DNA of 64,000 bases from Gnetum montanum (taxonomy: Eukaryota > Plantae > Gnetophyta): NCBI GenBank assembly GCA_015680685.1, contig MNCI01001419.1, positions 177,492 through 241,491 on the forward strand, in the 5' to 3' direction. Both the position numbers and the translations under genes were made by a program. The notes under the pieces are model-generated. The model had not been told where the DNA came from. It ran no database searches and saw nothing but the letters and a program-made list of their open reading frames with translations. Of this stretch, positions 54,961 to 64,000 are shown in pieces. Numbering within the stretch: the stretch's first letter is position 1; every line of letters starts with the position of its first letter.

Positions 54961-57436
54961 TTAGTCAAGCACTAAATGACTAAGAATATCTTGTATCATG
55001 GTATTTTGATACATAGAAACAAAATTGTTGCTAAATTTTATCTCTTTTCTAAATACTAAATGGTGCATGAACAATATCGTGTGCATGCCATAATCATATC
55101 CATTTTCTTGAGTAGGTATGCCTTGCACAGCCGTTGTACTCCACTTTGATGATGACTTCTTTTGCTTTGCCTTCACCTTAGTTGTGCTTTCAGCAATTGA
55201 AGAATCACCTTTGAATAAAAAATCAAGAAATGTTGACATTAACTTTTGAATAGTAGCTACATGTTGGGAAGAAGGTAATGAATTGTAAACACACATTTTA
55301 CTAGTACATGTGTCTAAGACCACGAGCACCTAATGACCGCCAATATTGAATGGGGTGCAAAATAATTACAGTCATGATTCAAAAAATTCATCCTAATATA
55401 TTTTAGATTTCACATATTCAGTAAATTCCTTCTTTGTCATGAACACATCAACCTTTTCTTCACGTGATGTGTCACTTTCAACATTGATCACATGTCTTTT
55501 TGTGGGCTTCTTTGCTTTATGTCCCAACAGGTTTTTTTTGCTATGTTGCATCTTACTCTCTAGGGACTTTGCAAATGCTTGAAACATAATATTAAATACA
55601 AAATATTTTTTAGATGCTTCACAATCAACATTAGCTTTCTAAAGTTGCTTAAGGTACATGATGTACACATCAATGACATCATCATCAAGCCATTGTTTTC
55701 ATCCAAGTTGGTATACAAACCTGAAAGACATTCCTATGGAAATGAATGGGGGAAGCAGTGACATAATAAGGACTTCACTATTTAAATTGCTTGTGACAAG
55801 CAATTACATTACTCTATTAACTATCACACATGATTAACCAATTAGGATGATGAAGTTAGCAGGCTTCACTATTTGAACTGTACCAGATGGTAGATCAATT
55901 GGGCTATTCAAGTCTACATCACCTACATGTGAACATTCATAAGATGGACGTCAACATACATAAACAAGTGATCCAAACAAGTCTACTTATATGTTTCTTC
56001 ATTTGGATTATTTTATTGAAATACTTCTTTGATGTCTCCTTTAACTGAATCAAATAATCTTCTGGCAGCTTTCGTTGTTGCCATTTTAGTCATTTATGTT
56101 CAACACATGTACAATACAAAGACCATTGAAATTTATAAAAGATATGAACAATGTATTAAAACTACAAGGTTTTATAACATGGCACAAACCTTTGATAGTA
56201 TGAACCCCATTAGCACAAATGTCCTTACTATAAAAAATATCAACTATAGCATTTTTTAATGACATAATTTTTTATTCAGTGTGAATATTGGTTTCCCCAT
56301 GTTTTCAATCTTAGCAAGCAACTTCTAGTTAAATCTATTTTGTTCAGCCACATAACTCTCATTTTTGACCTTCAATTGCACATGTTCTTTTATCAAACAT
56401 GATCTATATGATTTTAGCTCCTCTAGAGCACTCCAAACTGTTGAATTGCTTTGAGAATAATTATTTAAAGTCTCCATCACATGTTCCATCTTATCATCAA
56501 TGGATTGGTAAGAGAATTTTTCATGTTGGCAACTATTATCGATAGCTTAGGTTTAAAGTTCTTTCAAAAAATAGGTCTCACCCTTGTTGGACACTAATGT
56601 AATCTTCAATATACTTATAGGATCTAGGAGGACTATTCCATTCATTTGGATAGCCATAAAATGAATATTTTTTAGCAATTATTTTGTCACTATAATGGGA
56701 AAGCTAAGGGACTCTTTCACATCATGGAGCTGCCATAACCTTGCCCACCTCTTCATCTCAAACATGATAGTCATTGGGATATCAAATGGAACACTTTCAT
56801 TATTTTCCAATGCCCACATGAGTAATATTGCATTATTGAAAATCTTTGCTTTCATTTCTTTCACTAGAAATAAAGACCATTGCATAAATTTGGAAAGCAA
56901 CAAAAGCTTTGGATAATCATTTGGATTATCATCTTTCATCTTAAATTTTTGGGCATACTTGTATAACATCTGTAATGTCATGAACATTGAAGGTGAAATT
57001 TTGTCTTTGAATGGTAGGCTGTAGAGTACTTTTCGCAATAAACACACTATCAGTTAACCATTCATAAAAGCTGTAAACAATATTTTTGTCATAACTTCCA
57101 TCCATTGTCATCCATTGAAAAATTTCAATTTTCTTTAATTTTCAAGAAAGAATAGACATTTTTGGCAAGTCTAATTGTTTGTAGATTATATTCATAGAAA
57201 ATGCCAATAGCTACAATTCAATCAAATAAATAAAATGTTATCATAACATAAAGTAGAGTACTTGAATTAAGACATATATACTATCAATATTGGTTCATAT
57301 AAAACACAAGTACTCACATAGAAGATCCCTTTTGCTAATCCCCATCATTCTAACAAGCTCCATGTTCAAACACAACTTCAACAATATCCCTCAATGACAA
57401 AGACAATGTAATTAGAATAGCCTTCTTTGGTAATCC
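54961..57436 (-). pseudogene. Multi-exon Ulp1/SUMO-type (C48) protease gene with an N-terminal PF20167/DUF1985-like domain
   Basis: QWLDDDVIDVYIMYL; TPFNIGGH(W>*)VLVVLD..VY(D>N)SL; IPTQENGYD(C>Y)GM. N-terminal part: FQWMTMDGSYDKNIVYSFYEW..TIQRQNFTFNVHDITDVIQV..FDIPMTIMFEMKR..LSFPIIVTK. That both parts form one gene is inferred from strand and proximity. Confidence 0.82.
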
Positions 57437-58525
57437 TGCAATGAAATTAATATAATTGGATAATGTTCTTAGCTATCACAATATTTACTAGGGCATCATA
57501 ATCAATTAAACATTCAGTAGTGATAACTTAAAAAAATATTTATGGGAAATTATGTGACAGAATAAAATTCACTGAACTGCAAGGCCATGCCAGTAGCATG
57601 TCCTCTTAGAACACTTTTCACAGTATTCTGCGAGGACATGCAGGTCCTCACAAAACACGTTTCCTAGTATTCTACGTTGCATGTCCTTGCAGAAGACTTT
57701 TTCCACAAAGACATGCGATTTGAATGGCCTCACGGATCACTTTTCCATTGCAAATGAGAAGTTTAAAACAATGAGAGGCTGCATGGCATATGACATTGCA
57801 TTGACTCTCATTGCATTGACTCTCATCCCTCGTGCGAGTCACAGTGGCTTGCAATGAAACTCAAAACAAACTAAAATATTGAATTTCAGAGCATTTGGAC
57901 AAACAACACAATGAATTTAAAGACACTAGGAACCGCAGCGAATTAGGATGCAAAATGGCAGATACTAAGGCAAAAGTTTCGTCTTTTCAAAATGAGGAAA
58001 AAAATGAAATTCAAATTATGCAAAAGTTAAGTCTGTTCAAAAGAAATTCTAAATAGGTATAGTAACCTACAGAAGCATGAGGAGGATTGGATTTGGGCCC
58101 AGGCCGACGAGGCAGAGTGCTCATGAGGCTAAGGGAGACTCTGGCCCCGCAGTCAGCAGTGGCAAACAGCAGCCAACGGGTGTTTACGTGCGTCGCAGCT
58201 GCTTAGGGCAAATGGGTGTCAACGTCGGGTGGTGCTGCAATGGCGGTAGGTTTTTGTTATCGATGTTTGATGGGGCATCGGGTTTTTGATGCTGCAGTGG
58301 GTTTTTTGCGTCATATGAGGGGGCATCGGCTTTTGGATGGGCATAAAGGATGTGCATGGGAGGATGGGCATGCCATGAGGGATTAACAATCATGCATAAT
58401 ATGATTATGGTTGGGAACCCACCACCTGCAGTCCTTAACTCTCTGTTTCTCTGTATTATGCTGTGAGCCGACACTTTTGAACTGCACCGACTGTGACATA
58501 TGCAAAACGTTAAAGTGCCCACCCG

Positions 58526-58636
58526 TGATGGATGCTGTTAAAGGACCAGATTGGTGGTAGCAGTGTGCATCCGCTCAAGAAGAACAAGAACAACCTTTTG
58601 TTCTTACTCGATGTAAGTGGAAATTCAGTTTCAGTT
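58526..58636 (+). repeat. Upstream copy of a ~110-bp sequence repeated, in permuted order, at 61324-61479
   Basis: GATGCTGTTAAAGGACCAGATTGGTGGTAGCAGTGTGCATCCGCTCAAGAAGAACAAGAACAACCTTTT and GATGTAAGTGGAAATTCAGTTTCAGTT occur at both places. Confidence 0.92.
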
Positions 58637-58670
58637 TTAGAAGCGAAGAAGTAAAGCAGACATTGTAAAA

Positions 58671-61357
58671 ATGAGACCACACGCCTTGCCATTGCCATTT
58701 CCAGCTCAAGGGCATGTGAATCCGTTTGCGCAATTAGCACAGATTCTGATTCATGAAGGAGTGCAGGTTACCTTCGTGAACACTGAGCACAACCACAGGC
58801 TGCTCAATCCCGTATCCAAAGACGGTGGTGGCGGTGCTGGTATTGGGATTCGATTCGAATGTTTTGCGGACGGGTTACCGCCGGAGCACGGGCGAGCCCA
58901 GCAGTTGACGGAGCTGATCGATGTGCTCAAACGCGAAGCTCCGGCTCACATTGAGCGCATCATGATGGAGTCCGCGGCCCACGGTGATCCCGTTACGGTG
59001 ATCATATCGGACGGTATCTTCTCCTTCACCAACGATATTGCTCGCCGTCACGGTGTTCCCCGCGTAGCATTCCAGTGCCTGCGGATTTTCTTGTTACCAC
59101 TACATGCCCACTCTCGTCCGCCATTGTTACGTTCCCTTACCTGGTATGCTCGTGCTATTTTAGATTTCACAGGTTCATTTCAGTATCTGCCTTTCAACAA
59201 TCCAAGGCTGCAACTAAAGAAATTTAGAGGTTAAGAGTTAGAATCTTTATCACTATTCAGTTTATTCGTTCGTCAATATGAATTTTTTTAGTATATCTTC
59301 AAGGATTTGCTGTGTGTACAGTTACTTCTTACCATCTTTTATTCGGTTTCAGTTTTACTATTTTATTCTGTTTCTCCATTTGACTCTACGAGTTAAATTC
59401 CTTGTCCATATCCCGTTTCTTTTTATCATCTTTAATCAAAAACTCAATGATTTTTAGTCTTTTGGGGCTTCCTTTAAATGACTCCTGAAAATTTCTTTCC
59501 TCATTTCTTATTTGACTTTCTCACCACCAGCTCGTTTGATTCTCACCGGTTAAATGCTTTGTATCTGGTGCTGAAGCCATCCCTTCTCTAAATCCTTGTT
59601 AAGGGAGTATAACATGTTATACTTATCTTTCAAAATACTATTCCTAATTCATTCTCCGATTCTTACCACTCATAGCCGATGTATTAATTACATGACTGCA
59701 AGATGGGTAACCGCGTTCATTTACCAACATTTTTTTTTGGCACGATCTACAATTGTTCTTTTCACTCGCCATTTTATATTTTAATAGCTTTACAGGAGAG
59801 TTATTGGTGAGGATAGCAACAAAATTTACAGGGCATTTAAAAATATGTGATATTACAGTAAAAGTTCAGTTAACTTTTATCATTTTTTATTTATCTAAAT
59901 CAAATTGCGTGCCGAGAATGCGTGCCGAGACTCCCGTCAACCTTTGGCACTTCCTCTGGCGTCCTTACAACGGCAGCGCCCTGGTAGACAGCCTGGGGTA
60001 ATCCATGCTCTCTAGCAGGCTGGCACCCCGTTCCCAATGCGTTCACCGCAGCCTCAACCGCAAACGGGCTGGACAGGTCCCACGAAGTGACGTGTTGACT
60101 GCAAACGTTAGACATTCCGCCGCTTCCCGCAATCATACAGCCGGACGCTGATCTGATCCAAAACGTTATAAGAAATCCGGCTGATCTGATCGAAAACGTT
60201 ATAAGAAATCACATGACAGGCATTGCCCAGTTAATCGAGGAAAACCAACAGCGCGGCCATCCTGGGGAGCCTATTCGAGACTCCAAACCTCCTAAGAAAG
60301 TCAGGCGCTCTGGGTAAGGGACTCGGTGTGGGGTGTACGGGCCGCCGGCGGTGATGCCTATGGTGGTTGTGGTCCACGGGGAATCCAGGGTTGGGGTCGG
60401 CGGGCCGGTGTGGTAGCTCTGGCCTAGGCACTGATGTATAGCCTTGGTCCGCGGGGGATCCGGTGTTGGGGTTCGTGGCCAGTGTGGAGCCAACAGCTCT
60501 AGCCTACGCTGTACTGATGTATAGCCTTCTTTTTTGGGAATACAATTAACTTGATTTTTATCAAAATAAAAATAAAAAATCAAATTGCTATAGTAAAAGT
60601 GATCATCTTCTTATTGAAATAGGTCCATACACCAAGAGAACAATGACCGCAAAATATATATTTTTATTTTGCCCTTGAACTCATAGATTTATACTATACT
60701 AATCTTTGACACTATTCGCTTAACATATTACAGCAATGATGTTTTGAACTTTCCTTCTTTGACACCGTTCCCAACTTTCTTTCTTTGACACTGTTTCCAG
60801 ATAACGTAAACATTTGTGCGTGACGATGCAGAGGACAAAGATGCGAAGCGGAGTGGATGGAGAAGAGGGTAACCTGCATACCGGAGATGGGCACTGTGCG
60901 AGTCAAGGATGTGCCCAGCTTCTGCTTGGTCACCGGCACCTCCGACTTCTGCTTCCAGCACTTCCAAAACGAAGCGCAGCAGATCACAGACGCGGACCTC
61001 ATCTTGCTGAACATTTGTGTGTGGGTGGGTTCCTGACGCACAGCGGCTGGAACTCCACGCTGGACAGCCTCTGCGCCGGCTTGCCCATGCTGTGCTGGCC
61101 CTTCTTCGCCGAGCAGCAGACGAACCGGCGCTTCGTGAGCACCGTCTGGCGCGTCGGATTCGAGATGGACGAGGAGGTCCAGCGTGACCGTGTGGCGGCG
61201 ATGGTGGAGAAACTCATGGACCGAAACGACACTGACGCTGCTGCCGTACGCAAAGAAAATGCGTGAGAGAGCTCTCGCTGCCATGGCCGCCGGCGGCAGC
61301 TCCGATGCCGGTCTGCAACGCCTGCTCAAGAAGAACAAGAACAACCTTTTGGTCTAG
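58671..61357 (+). pseudogene. Family-1 UDP-glycosyltransferase pseudogene (UGT85-like), exon 1 58671-59143, exon 2 ~60801-61357
   Basis: PHALPLPFPAQGHVNP and VTFVNTEHNH; partial PSPG box [32 protein letters not shown]. Frameshift at ~59072, in-frame TGA early in exon 2, large deletion at ~61016, frameshift at ~61255. Confidence 0.92.
59909..60576 (+). mobile_element. 5'-truncated LINE 3' end inside the UGT intron, related to 38853-40399
   Basis: 12-bp TSD AAATCAAATTGC (59897-59908, 60577-60588), A-rich tail, peptide homology to the other LINE's 3' ORF. Confidence 0.85.
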
Positions 61358-61699
61358 ATGTAAGTGGAAATTCAGTTTCAGTTGATGGATGCTGTTAAAG
61401 GACCAGATTGGTGGCTGTTAAAGGACCAGATTGGTGGTAGCAGTGTGCATCCGCTCAAGAAGAACAAGAACAACCTTTTNAAGAGGTCTCCAGTTTATGT
61501 AAGAAGTTTGGCTAACTCGAGCAGAAGTTACGTACCTTCTCATTTTCATTAGCAGTCTTGCCTATTTGTCGAGGAAAACGATGCGTATTACAAGGCTGAG
61601 TCATTAGTTTTTTTTTTTTGTCTACTTAAGACTATGTTTGTTTGTATTGTGCAAAGGAACAAGTTAATGTCTTCAGTAAAACTTCTTCGGTCATGAGGA

Positions 61700-62420
61700 G
61701 AAACTCTGATTATAACAATATGGGTATGACCACAGATAACTTTTGATTACACATTACTACTTTGAAATGGACATAGAAGAAAAACGTCATGGATATCCTT
61801 CCATAGCTTTATTTTTTTGGTATCTTTAATTACAGAAATATGGGTAGGGCCAATGGTCATGACTTTTCATTAATAATAGTATTAACAGTAAATGGTATTG
61901 AAATGGATATAGAAGAAAAATGTCATGGATGTCCTTGCATAGTTTTTTTTTTTTTTGGCATCTTTGATTATAAAAATATGGGTAGGCCAATGAACACAAC
62001 TTTTTATTGATAATAGTATTAATAGTAAATTGTATCATTTATTCAAAGAAATAGATATGTTTGGTTGAAAACTTCTATCCAATTTGCAAGTGGATATAGA
62101 ATCAACACGTTATCCAATTTGTGTAGAACAAATACATTATCGAATTTGCAAATGGATATAGAAGAAACACGTCATCCGTAGTAAGTGGATCTCCTTACAG
62201 ATGCTACATGTGAATGGAAAAAACAATTTAAAAAATTAATGATGGCAGGTTAATCATCAATGAATGATTCTTAACATTGTTAATGGTAAATGGTATTGTT
62301 TAAGGAAAATTAGAGGAAAGTGAAAGAAAATGTATGGTTGAAAAGTTTTATCAAGTTGATATAAAAGAAACACATCGGCAATGTCAAGTCAATATCCTTT
62401 ATGGTGCATGTGAATGGAAA
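61700..62420 (+). repeat. Degenerate tandem repeats (~136-bp period in the clearest pair)
   Basis: AAATGGAYATAGAAGAAAAAYGTCATGGATRTCCTT at ~61765 and ~61901, with partial copies to ~62400. Confidence 0.7.
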
Positions 62421-63088
62421 AAGTCATTACAAAAATCAATGATCTTGGCATCTATTGTTGGTCGAATCCTGCAAATCCACATGAGAAATGTTGTTATCTC
62501 GTGTTCCATATTTCGATGGGAACTCCTCACTCATCACAACAAATGATTTTTGGAGCTAATCCTTCTCCTTAGACTATAAGAATAATTTTGCATAATCATA
62601 GAGAAGTTAAGTTCACAACAAATTGATCAACCTGCAAAAGTACATGGTGAGTGCATAGAATCTTGGCCTTTTAGACTTTCTATTTTTCTTACTAATGTTT
62701 TGTAGTTGATGTTTAGATTTCTATTTTTTCATAGATTATTTTCATATTCGTCTTCCAATCTTTCTAACTCTTGTTTTTTGTCTTTAATTTGTAAAATGTT
62801 TAATTCTAGAGTTCACCATCTAATCTTTATTTTACTGCTTTCTCTTATTTTTCCAACTATATCTTTTGGAATGGATTGTTACTAATTAAATTTCAATTAT
62901 TTACTTAAGATGATATTTATTTGGGTCTGTTATCATTATGCTTGTGTGCTCTATTGATTTGGGTAGCATTAGTTTGCATTTTGAGATTTATGATCTTTTC
63001 ATATTATTGTGCAATTACAATATCTAATTTATATAAATCTGCACTGAGATTATTTTCATATTATTCTTTCAAATTTTCTAATTCTTGT

Positions 63089-63961
63089 TGATGAGTCATA
63101 GTTCTGTTGGTTGCATCAACACAGCCTCGTTGATTGGGCCTCATCGACACAGTGTCTATATTCAGTTATAAATACGCACCTACCAGTCGCATTTATGATA
63201 ATTGAGATTTTAGTAGTAGCAAAGCTCTTGTAATTTGTTCATTTGAAAGTTAGAATTTTTCTCTTGAGTGCCTACAATAGGAGTCATTGAGTGTACGGAT
63301 CTTTATTCGAGCATTGTTGTACCTAAGCATAGCAATGTGTGTGGCAATAAGGACGAGCTTTCTGATAAACCTTGCAACACTTTAAATAGATTAAATATTC
63401 AATTTATGCATTTAATGTTTTAAATTATTTATTAAATATTTTTTAGTAATTAAGTTAATGAAGAAATTAAGAAAGATAGATTAAACACATAAGTATGACT
63501 ACTTTGAGCGTAACACATATTCGCTTGGTAATTTCACCAGTGATATTGCTTGGTAGGCCCAATAGTGTAGTGGTTGGTAACCTAGTAGTGGATATGTGGG
63601 TTCAAGATGTGTACGGAAATTGGGACCAGATGCTTATGTTAGGACTAGTTAGATAATAGTTAATTAATTAATTTAAATCAGTTAATTCAATTACTTTTAT
63701 CTCCCATTGAACACCAAACCATAAAATATAAAATGATAAAAATCAAATGCCTTAATTACACTTAACCATACCAGTGTACATCACAAGTGTAATTCGGAAG
63801 ACAACAATTAACCTTAATGCAAGGATTCATTTCCTAGAAGACTAACGCATTGGAAACTACAAAGTCTACATAATTCCATTGGATCGTGCATGAATGCTTG
63901 TGATTCGTATGGTTGGGCATAGGCGTACCTCGCCACTCATCATTGATGCCGTTGTCAGGGA
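63089..63961 (+). mobile_element. Athila-family 5' LTR (63089-63942) plus PBS; the element runs off the window
   Basis: TGATGAGT...CACTCATCA, aligns with 7641-8520; followed by TGATGCCGTTGTCAGGGA. Confidence 0.92.
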
Positions 63962-64000
63962 CTTTGTTTGTTGAAATGTGTGCTATGTAGGATTAGTGAA

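Larger units (their letters stand above)
42400..57860. mobile_element. Putative large Mutator-like element (transposase plus convergent Ulp1 gene plus tandem arrays); ends not defined
   Basis: Convergent transposase and Ulp1 pseudogenes; a shared TGCGAG/CTCGCA motif in the non-coding parts. No TIR or TSD found, so a single element is inferred. Confidence 0.55.

Noticed and set aside
57826-57846. CACTG-type terminus for the 42-58 kb element
   Set aside because: No matching left end found, and the transposase is Mutator-type, not CACTA.
58050-58520. GC-richer ORFs upstream of the UGT
   Set aside because: Low-complexity peptides with a short internal repeat; no assignable family or termini.
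60712-61344. 210-aa minus-strand ORF
   Set aside because: Antisense shadow of the GC-rich UGT exon 2.

Overview
AT-rich, transposon-dominated land-plant nuclear DNA; I found no intact gene. From left to right: an aspartic-protease pseudogene fragment abutting an Athila-type pol remnant (2.1-5.1 kb); a pol-less Sirevirus-like Copia element (minus strand, ~5.7-25.3 kb) interrupted by a full-length 13.2-kb Athila-type Gypsy element (7641-20836); a solo LTR; a pol-less Athila derivative and further LTR/gag remnants (28-37.7 kb); a 5'-truncated L1-type LINE with perfect TSD (38853-40399); a decayed Mutator-like region (~42.4-57.9 kb) with a spliced transposase, a convergent Ulp1-protease gene and two tandem arrays; a UDP-glycosyltransferase pseudogene with a related LINE fragment in its intron; and another Athila 5' LTR at the right edge. 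Main observation, from manual translation only: the Gypsy, Copia, LINE and Mutator elements each appear to carry a similar accessory domain (PF20167/ATHILA-ORF/DUF1985/PMD-like pattern). The LTR and Mutator elements also reiterate their own short CpG-centred motif. This recalls VANDAL/VANC sequence-specific anti-silencing, but that function is an untested hypothesis. Coordinates of degraded features are approximate.
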